Source of the DNA: a virus
IMG/VR virus record: IMGVR_UViG_3300027747_002198
Coordinates: 97,800 to 161,799 of that record
Length of the DNA: 64,000 bases
Strand: one strand, 5' to 3'
Below the pieces are notes generated by a model. It was not told where the DNA came from and made no database searches. It saw only the letters and a list, made by a program, of their open reading frames with translations. Below are positions 10,199 to 20,376 of this stretch, in pieces; position 1 is the first letter of the stretch, and every line of letters begins with the position of its first letter. The position numbers were made by a program, and so were the translations under genes.

Positions 10199-11371
10199 AT
10201 GAGGTCTTTTACAAGCTTTCTTACCGAAGAAGTTGAGGGTGAAAAACTCAAGCATATAACTCATGCTGAAGATAGACCATTACAACATGGCGCCAAAGGT
10301 TTTACCCACGCATATAATGCTATGCAACAAGTTCACGACCATATTAAGTCTGGTGGAAATAGTTCTGCTTTGACAATGAAATATGATGGTTCTCCTGCTG
10401 TGGTATTTGGTCGTCATCCAGAAAATGGCAAGTTTTTTGTAGCTAGTAAATCTGCCTTCAACAAAAATCCAAAGTTAAATTACACCCACGATGACATCGT
10501 TAAGAACCATGGACACGCACCAGGCCTCGTAGAAAAACTCCACTCAGCATTGAATCATCTTAAAAAAATAGCACCTAAAACTGGTGTATACCAAGGAGAT
10601 TTGATGTATTCTGAGGGAGATAAAACCGATACCAAAAAAGGTGTTTCTTTTACCCCAAATACCATTACCTATACCGCCAAAGATGAGCAGGCAGATAAAA
10701 TTCGTAAATCTAAATTAGGCGTTATTGTTCACACGCAATATCACGGTAATAATATTCAAACTATGGGTGCCGATCCACATCCAGATTTGCATAATTTTAC
10801 ACAGCACCCCGATGTATGGCATAAGTCAGCTAATCATGATACGAAACATATACATTATTCTGAGGAAGATCAAAATCAATTTAAATCCCATCTAGATGCT
10901 GCTAAAAAAATACATGACGAACATAAAAAAAACATGTACAAGGCAACAGAACCCCATCGTGGCGAAGCAAGTCACTTAGAAACATATATTAACCATACTG
11001 TTAGGACCGATGAAACTCCTACTTCTGCTGGATTAAAGAAACATATTCAATCCAAATATGATAAAATGGCTAGTAAGTTAAAAACACCTGCGGCCCAAAG
11101 CAGAAAAAATACTGAAGCAAAATCACATATGAATTATATTGATGCTAATAAGCAACACTATGATAATCTTTTAGCTATGCATAGCCATTTACAAATGGCA
11201 AAAAATGTGTTGGTATCTACACTAAATCAACATGAAGGTGGACTCGAACATCATATTGACAGCAAAAGAAGTGGTCCTGAAGGATTTGTTGTTAATCATG
11301 CCGGAGAGCCAACTAAATTGGTTGATAGAAAAGAGTTTGCTAAAGCTAATTTGTTAAAGGTGAGAAAATGA
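10199..11371 (+). CDS. phage protein with ligase-type nucleotidyltransferase motifs and CTS-like N-terminus
   Basis: TMKYDGSP (KxDG), YQGDLMY, PEGFVV, TKLVDR resemble ligase motifs I, III, IV and V; starts MRSFTSFLTEE. Confidence 0.65.
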   Translation: MRSFTSFLTEEVEGEKLKHITHAEDRPLQHGAKGFTHAYNAMQQVHDHIKSGGNSSALTMKYDGSPAVVFGRHPENGKFFVASKSAFNKNPKLNYTHDDIVKNHGHAPGLVEKLHSALNHLKKIAPKTGVYQGDLMYSEGDKTDTKKGVSFTPNTITYTAKDEQADKIRKSKLGVIVHTQYHGNNIQTMGADPHPDLHNFTQHPDVWHKSANHDTKHIHYSEEDQNQFKSHLDAAKKIHDEHKKNMYKATEPHRGEASHLETYINHTVRTDETPTSAGLKKHIQSKYDKMASKLKTPAAQSRKNTEAKSHMNYIDANKQHYDNLLAMHSHLQMAKNVLVSTLNQHEGGLEHHIDSKRSGPEGFVVNHAGEPTKLVDRKEFAKANLLKVRK

Positions 11372-12372
11372 AAAATTTATTTGATGTAATTGATCGTGAA
11401 TTAATCATTGAAGCGGTCGGCCGTGGATTTCTTACATCTTCAGGTTTGGATTCCGAACGGCAAGAAAAGAAGTATATTGATCCTCATATCGGTGGAACCG
11501 AATATACTCATGAATTAGGCAAAGCACACAAAGATATTCCTGTTGGTTCTAAGTTGAGATTAACGGGCAAAGAAAGAATTGAAGGCAAGTTGCATGTACG
11601 AGCTATTAATGACGCAACTAGAGAAGAACATTTAATACCTGCATCAAAGATACATAAACCAGGTGAAGCACCAAAGAATAAAGGCTTGGATTATGAAACT
11701 CAAACTTTTCAGAGATTTCAAAGAGCAGGTATTACACCTTTAGACGCAAAGAGTGCAGGTTCAACTGGTGGCACCGATGTTACTATTGTTAATAAAAAGA
11801 AAAAAACAACACACAAAGGTCGTATTAAGAGTGCTGAAGATTTAATCCACGGAGAAGTAAAAGAAGGTGTGACGGCAGCTATGGGTCAACTAACAATACA
11901 CCATGATCCAGCTAAAGGTGGTTGGCATGTTGGAGATAAAGCAAAAAATTTAAGGCCAAACTACGCCAAAGCAATTGAAGATGCGGGTATCATTAAAATG
12001 ATGAATAAAAAATATAATCCCGATAAACATGATATACCAACAACTGCAAGTGGTCGTGCCAAATCGATTAGTATTAAACATCCTAATTTAGATCCGGCCG
12101 TACATTATTTAAATGACCATCATGTTCATGTATTGCATGTTGGTAGTGGTTATGGAACATATAAAGTGGGCGAAAAAGATCCTACTGGCCACGGATTACC
12201 AGCAGTTTCAGGCAAAGGCGAATTTATAGTTCGTGAAAAACAAGCAGGCAACAAAAAGGCAAGGACTGTTATGTTCAAACCTGACGGAGTAAAAGGCTTA
12301 AATAAAAGCCATGTGAATCTAGATGATGACGAACATTTAGAACATTTTGCAAAAACATTAGGACATAGATGA
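11368..12372 (+). CDS. hypothetical protein, possible PD-(D/E)xK nuclease fold
   Basis: GLDYE...GGTDV...HGEVKEG arrangement; His-rich. Confidence 0.45.
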   Translation: MKNLFDVIDRELIIEAVGRGFLTSSGLDSERQEKKYIDPHIGGTEYTHELGKAHKDIPVGSKLRLTGKERIEGKLHVRAINDATREEHLIPASKIHKPGEAPKNKGLDYETQTFQRFQRAGITPLDAKSAGSTGGTDVTIVNKKKKTTHKGRIKSAEDLIHGEVKEGVTAAMGQLTIHHDPAKGGWHVGDKAKNLRPNYAKAIEDAGIIKMMNKKYNPDKHDIPTTASGRAKSISIKHPNLDPAVHYLNDHHVHVLHVGSGYGTYKVGEKDPTGHGLPAVSGKGEFIVREKQAGNKKARTVMFKPDGVKGLNKSHVNLDDDEHLEHFAKTLGHR

Positions 12373-14246
12373 AATCATTCTTACAGCTTATCGAAGAACA
12401 AGAAGCCACGAAGAAACCCGTGGTAATGGCCTTTGGTCGGATGAACCCTCCAACAACAGGTCATTTGAAATTAATTGATAAAGTTAAATCGACCGCAGAA
12501 AAAATGGGTGCCAAGCACACCGTTGTGGTTTCACACTCACAAGATTCCAAAAAGAATCCTTTATCTACTGAACAAAAAATTAAACATCTAAAACGGTATT
12601 CACCAGGAACACATTTTGAAGCGGCTTCTAAAGATCAACCAACAATATTGCATCATGCTTCTCGATTACACACAGCTGGTCATGATCATTTAGTTGTGGT
12701 CGGGGGTTCTGACCGAGTTAAAGAAATGCACGATTTATTACACAAGTATAATGGTGTTGAAGGTAAACACGGACATTTCAATTTTAAGAAAATAGAAGTT
12801 CGTTCCGCTGGTCATCGTGATCCTGATGCCGAAGGCGCAGAAGGCATGTCTGGTACCAAAATGAGAGAACATGCAAAAAATAAAGATTTTTCATCTTTCC
12901 GTCAAGGTGTTCCAGGTCATGTTTCCGACCAACACGCCAAAGAACTGATGAATGATGTCCGTAAGGGTATGGGATTAAACGAACAAGTAAACCGTGGACA
13001 ATTTAAAGCTATTTTTGTTACCGGCGGTCCTGGTTCTGGTAAAGATGTTATTATTCGTGAAGCTATTGCCGAATCTAAAGCCGTTGAAATTAACTCGGTA
13101 CAAGCATTTGAATATCTTGCCGATAAACAAAAACTATCAGAAAAATCTGGTGACTTCCGTAGAGAATCTATTCGTAATCGTGGTCCATTAATAATTAATG
13201 GTCCAGCAGACGATAAGGATCGTATTCTCTATATCAAAGAAGAACTAGAAGATTTAGGTTACTCGACCTTGATGATTTTTGTTGAGGCTTCTAATGAAGC
13301 CAGCCAAGAAAGAAATAGCAAGTTATCTAGAATGATGGTCGAATCCATACGTCAGGACAAATGGTTGAAGTCTAAAGAAAATTTTAAATTATATAATCAA
13401 TTATTTGATGATTTTATTAGTTTTGACAACAATAAATCCATCGAATATATAGAAGAAGATATAACAAATACTTACCACAACATTAATACTTTTATTGATA
13501 ATAAAGTACAAAATGAAGTCGCTTTTGACTGGTTAGAAAAGCATAATAGGTTAAATAAAGGTAATATCTTCAAGGAAGAAAAAAATGTTCAAAAAATTAA
13601 TAGATTTCTTAAAATTAAAACCGGTGGCCCCAAAGCAGACGGTCCAGCCTCCATTCCCGCTGACAACAGAGCAGGCAGCCCAAACTCAGACAACGTTAAG
13701 TGGGACGCCAACAAAAGAACAAAAACCTACACGTTCGGCCAAAACGCCGGAGTCTACGCAGAAGCCCAAACGCCCACGCTCGCCAAAAGGTCAGAGCCAA
13801 AAGAGCCCAGCTTCCAACAAGATAAAGAAAAAACAAAGTTAAAGAAACGTGGTGATAGAACAATAAGCCCAGCTCGTGTTGGTCGACCAGATGGTATTGG
13901 CCAAGAATATGATACACGAGCAGGTGGTCAAGGTGCTGCAGCGGGCGCCGGACTTGGCCAGAATGTAGGCGAAACGATAGAATATAGTAACGCAAGTCAA
14001 AATGGTACAACAATGCTTGGGGCTAAGTTAGAACCAAATCCATTAACGGAAAAGAAACCATTTAAGAAGTTTAGAAAGAATATTAAAGAATTTAATGGGT
14101 ATCAAAATGATACCGAATCCGGTCTTGGTGGAGTATTAGGCGGCGCAAGTAACAAAGAAGGTATGGATTCATATAAAGATACATCGAGAAACATACAAAA
14201 CGATTATGGTCTTAAAATAAAAAAGAAAAAGAAACAGGAGAAATAA
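12369..14246 (+). CDS. cytidylyltransferase/NMNAT-like domain fused to P-loop kinase-like domain and low-complexity tail
   Basis: FGRMNPPTTGH, KNPLS, VGGSDRV, MSGTKMR; GGPGSGKD Walker A; starts MKSFLQLIEE. Confidence 0.8.
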   Translation: MKSFLQLIEEQEATKKPVVMAFGRMNPPTTGHLKLIDKVKSTAEKMGAKHTVVVSHSQDSKKNPLSTEQKIKHLKRYSPGTHFEAASKDQPTILHHASRLHTAGHDHLVVVGGSDRVKEMHDLLHKYNGVEGKHGHFNFKKIEVRSAGHRDPDAEGAEGMSGTKMREHAKNKDFSSFRQGVPGHVSDQHAKELMNDVRKGMGLNEQVNRGQFKAIFVTGGPGSGKDVIIREAIAESKAVEINSVQAFEYLADKQKLSEKSGDFRRESIRNRGPLIINGPADDKDRILYIKEELEDLGYSTLMIFVEASNEASQERNSKLSRMMVESIRQDKWLKSKENFKLYNQLFDDFISFDNNKSIEYIEEDITNTYHNINTFIDNKVQNEVAFDWLEKHNRLNKGNIFKEEKNVQKINRFLKIKTGGPKADGPASIPADNRAGSPNSDNVKWDANKRTKTYTFGQNAGVYAEAQTPTLAKRSEPKEPSFQQDKEKTKLKKRGDRTISPARVGRPDGIGQEYDTRAGGQGAAAGAGLGQNVGETIEYSNASQNGTTMLGAKLEPNPLTEKKPFKKFRKNIKEFNGYQNDTESGLGGVLGGASNKEGMDSYKDTSRNIQNDYGLKIKKKKKQEK

Positions 14247-14247
14247 A

Positions 14248-15906
14248 ATGTTTGGTCCGAAAAAAATATCTCAATCTTTGATTGATGCAGTTTTAAAAGT
14301 AACAGAAGATAAAACTGAAGTTACTCAAGCACCTCAATTATTAGATGAGGCAGATAAGGTACCTACACCAACAGGTATGAAAGTATATGGTTCCCGTTAC
14401 GGAAATTCTGCCAAAGCTCGTAGAGATCAAACTAAAGCTGCCGTTGACACATTAAAAGGTCCTAAGGACAAAGAATTAATTAAAGATGATGAAATAGACG
14501 AAACTGGTTTTCATAAAGCTGCTCACGGCGCCAAAAAGGCAGGTCAGTCCCATTTTGAGTTTCAAGGCAAAAAATATCCAGTTACAGCAAAATCTCATGC
14601 TGAAGCCGTTGAAGAAGAAGGCGATTGTGTAACCAAACCCCAGGCAAAAGATATTGCTAAGAAAGAAGTTGGCAAGCACGAAAAAGGCATGCACGGCAAA
14701 TCAGGTGAAGTTGCCAAGCACGAAAAGAAAATGCACAAAGAAGGTATGTCGTTTAAAGAACGTTTACTTGAGCGTGAAATGACTTCTGCTGAATCTCGTA
14801 AAAAAGAAAAGATTGTTATGTCCATGAAGGACAAACAAGAGTATTTCAAGAAAAAATATGGTAAGCGTTGGAAAGAAGTAATGTATGCTACCGCTACTAA
14901 GCAAGCTATGAAAGAAGAAATTGAAGATTTAGAAGATGATGTTGAAGAAATACAACAAGAAGCGGTTAAGAAGTCTGATGTTCCAGCTTTCTTACGCAAA
15001 ATGCGTGGTGACAAGCCATTGACAATGAAAGATGTTAAGTCTGGTGACAAAGATTCTATTTCACACAAAGATAATCTTGCTAAAGCTCGTAACGAAGAAT
15101 TCGAATTAACTGAAAAAAATGATTCGCATACTCATGCCGCTCACTATGAAAATGAAAAGGGTGAATGGACTGGCATGAACTTGTTTACGGCTAAAGATGA
15201 TACTGATGCCATCAAACAAGCTCAAGCAAAATGTAAAGAAGGTTGCCGTCTATCTAAAGTAGAACGCCACACAACAGTTAAAGAAGATGTTGAAGTTATT
15301 CAAGATAAAAATGGACACAGAACTACAACGGATATGTTGAGTGGTCGCCATGAAGGCGGAAAGTTAAATTCATTTAAAAACTTTAAAGTGAATTTAGTAG
15401 TTAGTGGTGAAGAAGAAATTCCTACAGAAGTTGATAGAGGTGAAGATACTAAAGAAAAACAAAAGATCACTACTAATCCTGGCCCAGTAGATATTAAGTT
15501 TGATGATAAATTGGTAACGCCTCCACAGAAATATTTTTCTAGTCAAAAAGCCGTTACGAGTGAAGAAGTTCGTGGTGAGTTGAAGCACATTCGTTCCAAA
15601 GAAAAAGCAATGCGTAATAAAGAAGTAAGTCAATTTGCTTCACACAAAGCTACAAAAACCACACAGCAAGAAGAAGAAGTTCAAGAAGCTAAAGATCCAC
15701 ATATGGATGCCGGCGTTGGTTCCCAACCAGATTTTGCTACCGAAAAAGTTATTGCTGGCGTAGATGGTTGGAAGAAAGTACAGAAGAATGTACAAGATAA
15801 ATCTGGTGCAGTTCATACTCCACATTCTCGTGCTAAAGATTTAGCTCGCCAAGCATTCAAAAAAGTTAAAAGTGAAATGTTAGGTAAAGCGCCAGGGAAT
15901 AACTAA
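14248..15906 (+). CDS. charged low-complexity late protein, probable internal head (poly)protein
   Basis: AGGAG RBS; K/E-rich, with repeated (L/I/V)xE sites. Confidence 0.6.
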   Translation: MFGPKKISQSLIDAVLKVTEDKTEVTQAPQLLDEADKVPTPTGMKVYGSRYGNSAKARRDQTKAAVDTLKGPKDKELIKDDEIDETGFHKAAHGAKKAGQSHFEFQGKKYPVTAKSHAEAVEEEGDCVTKPQAKDIAKKEVGKHEKGMHGKSGEVAKHEKKMHKEGMSFKERLLEREMTSAESRKKEKIVMSMKDKQEYFKKKYGKRWKEVMYATATKQAMKEEIEDLEDDVEEIQQEAVKKSDVPAFLRKMRGDKPLTMKDVKSGDKDSISHKDNLAKARNEEFELTEKNDSHTHAAHYENEKGEWTGMNLFTAKDDTDAIKQAQAKCKEGCRLSKVERHTTVKEDVEVIQDKNGHRTTTDMLSGRHEGGKLNSFKNFKVNLVVSGEEEIPTEVDRGEDTKEKQKITTNPGPVDIKFDDKLVTPPQKYFSSQKAVTSEEVRGELKHIRSKEKAMRNKEVSQFASHKATKTTQQEEEVQEAKDPHMDAGVGSQPDFATEKVIAGVDGWKKVQKNVQDKSGAVHTPHSRAKDLARQAFKKVKSEMLGKAPGNN

Positions 15907-15907
15907 T

Positions 15908-17356
15908 ATGACAAAGTTATCACAAACATTAAAATTTGTTGTTAAAAAGCCTGCTGATAAGGTAACTTTTGGTACCGATCCAAAAGATCCTTGGTCCGCA
16001 AAAGCAGGTATTAACGAAGGTGCACTTGAACAATACTTGAAGTCTAAAGGTATTAATCCTGAGTATGTGAGCAAAGATCAAAAGATTGCTTACGCCAAAT
16101 CAATGACATTTCTTAAATGGAAAGCTGAACATCAATTTGAAGAAGTTATTCCTGAGAGTATGGTGATTGCTCCTTCTATAACACACAAGAAAAAAGCAGA
16201 AACACAAAAGTCTGCTCATGCTCATAAAGAGATTAAAACTCCTCGTGGGCCAGGAAGTCACAATGAAGGTAAAGGGTCACAAATGACCCAATTAACACCT
16301 GAGTCAGTTTCACAAGAAATTCATGGTGAAGCAAAGAAACCTAAATTGACAGCTTTAGATAAATTCCGTAAATCATCTGCTGAGCGCCAAAAGAAACATG
16401 ACGAGATTGAAAAGAAATCTGGTGGTATGACTTCTGCTATTGATCGTTTACAGAAACACATGAACAAAGAAGAAGTTGAACAGATTGATGAACTGAATTA
16501 CGATACAGTTAAATCGCTTTACACCAAGCGTAGAACTATTCGTGATTTACCAAGTAAGAAATCTAAAGATGTTAAAGTAAAAAATGTAAGTACTTCCATT
16601 TCTCGCTTGGCTGGACACAAACCAACACAAAATCAACCATTCGACAAAGTTGATAAAGGTACACATTTTGAATTGGTTCCAAAAAACGAAGAAGTTGAAG
16701 AACTCGATGAACTCAAAAAAGATACATTAAAATCTTATAGAGATAAATCAATGGCCAGTTTAAAAAATGCTCGAAAAAATCGTGATGCGGCAGAACCTGG
16801 TAAAGATATGTCCAAAGGTTTTGCTGATTTGCATGCAAAATCTGACGCTATTGCTAAAAAGAGAGCAAAAGGATTGTCCGGTTACCTACAACGTAAACAT
16901 GGCATGAAACCTGGTTATCCTGATGAGCGTAAAACAACTTCTGAAGATGTTGGTGATCCCAAGGCCGCTGTAAATGCTGACGGTCAACCAAATCCACAAC
17001 TTGAGCCAGTATCCGAGAAGAAGAAACAAATGTCTAAATCTGCTCGTATGATCAAGGCATTATATAAGAAAAAAGGCGTGGTCAAAGAAGATATGCACGA
17101 CCATGAAAAAGAAGATAAATCGGTAGCCGCCTACGGTAAGAAACCAAAGGTAGATAAAGCCGATAAAGATGATAGCAAAGGTGAAAACAAACCACAGGCA
17201 GCTATGACGTTAACTGGTGGTAAAACCTTGACTGGTATCGAGAGAGATACTGTCGAGATTGATCCTATGATGAGAAATCGTCCAGGTCAACCTGATGTAA
17301 CCAAAAAGGATGACAAAAAAGACGGTAAAAAAGAAGATAAGAAGAAAGATAAATAG
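15908..17356 (+). CDS. charged low-complexity late protein, probable internal head (poly)protein
   Basis: Repeats EEVEQIDEL and EEVEELDEL; K/E-rich. Confidence 0.6.
   Translation: MTKLSQTLKFVVKKPADKVTFGTDPKDPWSAKAGINEGALEQYLKSKGINPEYVSKDQKIAYAKSMTFLKWKAEHQFEEVIPESMVIAPSITHKKKAETQKSAHAHKEIKTPRGPGSHNEGKGSQMTQLTPESVSQEIHGEAKKPKLTALDKFRKSSAERQKKHDEIEKKSGGMTSAIDRLQKHMNKEEVEQIDELNYDTVKSLYTKRRTIRDLPSKKSKDVKVKNVSTSISRLAGHKPTQNQPFDKVDKGTHFELVPKNEEVEELDELKKDTLKSYRDKSMASLKNARKNRDAAEPGKDMSKGFADLHAKSDAIAKKRAKGLSGYLQRKHGMKPGYPDERKTTSEDVGDPKAAVNADGQPNPQLEPVSEKKKQMSKSARMIKALYKKKGVVKEDMHDHEKEDKSVAAYGKKPKVDKADKDDSKGENKPQAAMTLTGGKTLTGIERDTVEIDPMMRNRPGQPDVTKKDDKKDGKKEDKKKDK
17348..17355 (+). promoter_or_regulatory. 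late promoter-like GATAAATA
   Basis: Upstream of AAGGAG RBS and ATG 17390. Confidence 0.6.
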
Positions 17357-17389
17357 TACTATAACCGAGGCTAATTAAGGAGAAAAAAG

Positions 17390-18046
17390 ATGCCATCATG
17401 GGGAAATACAGACGCTGCGAATAGTATTCCACTATTTGCACAATTCAGAGAAGTAGCTCCTTCTCTATATTTTATAACCGCTAATAACACAATTGCAGGA
17501 AATACCATTGTATTAACATCAAGCACTGGTCTGTCCACAATTGCAAACGGATCTTACGTTTACGCTATTGAAGCTAACACGGCCGCAACTGCTAACGTTT
17601 CACGTTTGGCTAAAGATTTGTCATATGTTGACCAAAATGACATTGATTTTTATCGTTCAAATAACGTAATTACAAACGCAAATACTCTTGGATCATATAT
17701 TCAGTTGAATAATAACCTTGCTGGAAACTTACAAGGTGGTTCACAAATTTTCATTGGTACTACAGTACCACACGATGCCACCAAATATGAAAACGTTAAC
17801 GATGTTATTTTAGTAACAGCTGGTCGTTTAGCTAATACTAAAGGCACAACTGGTGCTGCTGGTTCAGATACATCAAATACACTTATTGGAAGCACAAATA
17901 GTGGATGGAATCGTATTACTCGTAAGATCAACAACGATGGTACAGTACGTTTCTTGAAAGAAACTTTGGTTTGTCTTGCTAGTCCAGTTGCTTCTAATGC
18001 ATCATCTGCTAACACATCATCTAATGCTATTTTTGGTGGACTGTAA
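17390..18046 (+). CDS. putative virion structural protein
   Basis: MPSWGNTD start; N/T/S-rich; GW...RFLKETLV C-terminus typical of T4-like structural proteins. Confidence 0.55.
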   Translation: MPSWGNTDAANSIPLFAQFREVAPSLYFITANNTIAGNTIVLTSSTGLSTIANGSYVYAIEANTAATANVSRLAKDLSYVDQNDIDFYRSNNVITNANTLGSYIQLNNNLAGNLQGGSQIFIGTTVPHDATKYENVNDVILVTAGRLANTKGTTGAAGSDTSNTLIGSTNSGWNRITRKINNDGTVRFLKETLVCLASPVASNASSANTSSNAIFGGL

Positions 18047-18071
18047 TACTACATTATAAAGGTTTTTGATT

Positions 18072-19016
18072 ATGAAAGTGTTGTTTCATACACACACATT
18101 GAATTATCGTGGTACTACAGTAGCAATTTTAGATTATGCTCGTTACAACCAAGAAGTATTAGGTAATGAAAGCGTTGTTTCTTATTGGGCTGATGGTCCA
18201 GTAGGAAACGATGCTGGTAACGAAGCACCAATGATTGAAAAGTTTAAATCGGAGTTTGAATTAAGACCAGCAACTGGTGGCAATTTGACTCCGATTTGTA
18301 ACGATATAGATGTAGCATATTTTATAAGGTCAGGAGAAGTTGAACCTCTTCCGAATGTTAAAACGGCCGTACATGCTGTATTCGGTCATAGGACTCCACA
18401 CGGAGATTCGTATGCCTATATTTCTGAGTGGTTAGCAGAGCATAGGTGTAAAGATTTAAATCTTCCTTATGTTCCACACATAGTTAATTTGCCCAAGCCT
18501 GATGCAGATTTTAGGCAACGATTAGGCATCAACAAAGATAAAATTGTAGTTGGTAGATTGGGTGGCCACACCACTTTTGATATTGGTTGGGTTCATTCTG
18601 CTGTACGCAGGGTATTGGAATCTGATTCAAGATTTGTATTTGTGTTTTTAAATACGGCTAGGTTTATGGATCACCCTAATATTATCTATTTGGATCCAAT
18701 CCATAACATGCAGGAGAAGTCAAACTATATTGATATGTGTGATGCCTTCTTACACGCTAGGTCAATTGGAGAAAGCTTTGGTTTATCAGTATGCGAACCA
18801 TTATTCCACAACAAACCAACATTTGCCTTTAATGGTGGTGACGATAAACACCACATGATGATATTAGATGGAACAGGTCTACTATATAATGATGAAAACG
18901 ACCTGGTTACGAAGCTATTAAATTTAGAATCTTTTGATAAGGATTATCATTCATTAGTTGCCAAATTTAATCCTACCACGGTTATGGGTAAGTTTAAAGA
19001 AGTGTTTTTAACATAA
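18072..19016 (+). CDS. GT-B (GT4-like) glycosyltransferase
   Basis: RGTTVA, VVGRLGG, DAFLHARSIGESFGLSVCE (ExFG..E). Confidence 0.8.
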   Translation: MKVLFHTHTLNYRGTTVAILDYARYNQEVLGNESVVSYWADGPVGNDAGNEAPMIEKFKSEFELRPATGGNLTPICNDIDVAYFIRSGEVEPLPNVKTAVHAVFGHRTPHGDSYAYISEWLAEHRCKDLNLPYVPHIVNLPKPDADFRQRLGINKDKIVVGRLGGHTTFDIGWVHSAVRRVLESDSRFVFVFLNTARFMDHPNIIYLDPIHNMQEKSNYIDMCDAFLHARSIGESFGLSVCEPLFHNKPTFAFNGGDDKHHMMILDGTGLLYNDENDLVTKLLNLESFDKDYHSLVAKFNPTTVMGKFKEVFLT

Positions 19017-19019
19017 ATA
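19012..19019 (+). promoter_or_regulatory. late promoter-like CATAAATA
   Basis: Immediately upstream of ORF 19029. Confidence 0.55.
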
Positions 19020-19028
19020 GGTTAATGA

Positions 19029-19415
19029 ATGTTTGATGACTTGAATGATGACAATTTCATGATATATGCAATGAAGTGTTATAACTCACCTAATTGCATT
19101 ATGTCAGAATTTGAAAATGATATCAAAAGAACCAAATATCTAAAACGATTATTTCGTAGATATAAGGTCACAAAAAGTTTAAAAGAACGATTGATTTTAA
19201 ATCACATTATTCTATTGAATAATGTTTTTGGCCACGAAGCAGTAGCAAGAATTTTATTCTATAGAATTGATGAACGTGATTATGATGTTTTAAAAACATT
19301 TTTGATGTATTTAAATATTATGCCAGATGCAATTTACGGTATCAGAGGAAAAACAATACACACCGCTGATATTCCCTTAGACGAAAATATTGTAGAAATA
19401 TTGGTAAAGATATGA
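19029..19415 (+). CDS. conserved T4-like phage protein
   Basis: YAMKCYNSP...KYLKRL...ERLILNHII motif, recognised from T4-like cyanophage-type genomes. Confidence 0.7.
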   Translation: MFDDLNDDNFMIYAMKCYNSPNCIMSEFENDIKRTKYLKRLFRRYKVTKSLKERLILNHIILLNNVFGHEAVARILFYRIDERDYDVLKTFLMYLNIMPDAIYGIRGKTIHTADIPLDENIVEILVKI

Positions 19416-20104
19416 TAACATTTAAACAATACTTAAACGAAGTCGCCAAGCCCACAGGAGATTTAAAGAAGGCCTGCTGGAAAGGATATACTGCTGTTGG
19501 CACAAAACAAAAAAACGGCAGAACAGTTCCTAATTGTGTACCAGAAGGTCATGTTGAAGAATTGGAAAAAGGTTTAAAACAATTAGATAGTCACGATTAT
19601 GATACGATTCATAAATTAATGATGGGTATATGTAAAGAACATGGAGTTTCTGGTGAAGAATTACACAATGATTTTAAATCTAAACATGGCAAAACTCCTG
19701 ATAATTGGATTAAAGAAGAAGTTGAATTGGAAGAACTATTCGATATTCTAGAAGAAGTAGTTGATGGTATTGCAGAAGAAAACAATATTGATCCAGATAT
19801 TCTTTGGGAAAATCTTGAAGATGTATCCGATGAAGAACTGTATGAAACTGCTGCTTGGCGCCGTAAAGAAGGCAAAAATCCTACTGGCGGTTTAAATGCC
19901 AAAGGTATTGCATCTTATCGTAGAGAAAATCCAGGTTCCAAATTAAAGAAAGCTGTTACAGGTAAAGTAAAACCTGGTAGCAAAGCTGCAAAGCGTAGAA
20001 AATCATTTTGTGCTCGCATGGGTGGCATGAAAGGCGCAATGAAAAAACCAAATGGCGAACCTACAAGAAAAGCACTAGCTTTAAGAAAGTGGAAATGCAG
20101 ATGA
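19412..20104 (+). CDS. modular internal-protein-like protein (CWKGY module plus DUF6321-like C-terminus)
   Basis: Starts MITFKQYLNE; CWKGY..VG.KQKNGRTVPNCV; AAWRRKEGKNPTGGLNAKG...RRKSFCARM...ALRKWKC. Confidence 0.7.
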   Translation: MITFKQYLNEVAKPTGDLKKACWKGYTAVGTKQKNGRTVPNCVPEGHVEELEKGLKQLDSHDYDTIHKLMMGICKEHGVSGEELHNDFKSKHGKTPDNWIKEEVELEELFDILEEVVDGIAEENNIDPDILWENLEDVSDEELYETAAWRRKEGKNPTGGLNAKGIASYRRENPGSKLKKAVTGKVKPGSKAAKRRKSFCARMGGMKGAMKKPNGEPTRKALALRKWKCR

Positions 20105-20376
20105 AATCTTTTAAACAATATTTGGATGAATCTGGTCGTTGCTGGACAGGTTATAAACCTGTAAGGGGCAAAAAAGCATTTTCTAAAGGTTCATGTGTCA
20201 AAGAAGATGGCATGGGTGGCGGCGCAGTTGCCGCAGGACCAACTAATGTAGTTGGTGGTGGAGCAATCGCCGGTACTGGTGGTAAAGGTGGAGAACCTGG
20301 TGTTGATTTAAGAAAGAAAAAGAAAGTTGCAGATCCACGGATGCCAATGGGCATGGGTAAACGAAAGGACTTCTAA
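20101..20376 (+). CDS. small internal-protein-like protein (CWTGY module)
   Basis: Starts MKSFKQYLDE; ATGA overlap with the upstream gene. Confidence 0.7.
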   Translation: MKSFKQYLDESGRCWTGYKPVRGKKAFSKGSCVKEDGMGGGAVAAGPTNVVGGGAIAGTGGKGGEPGVDLRKKKKVADPRMPMGMGKRKDF

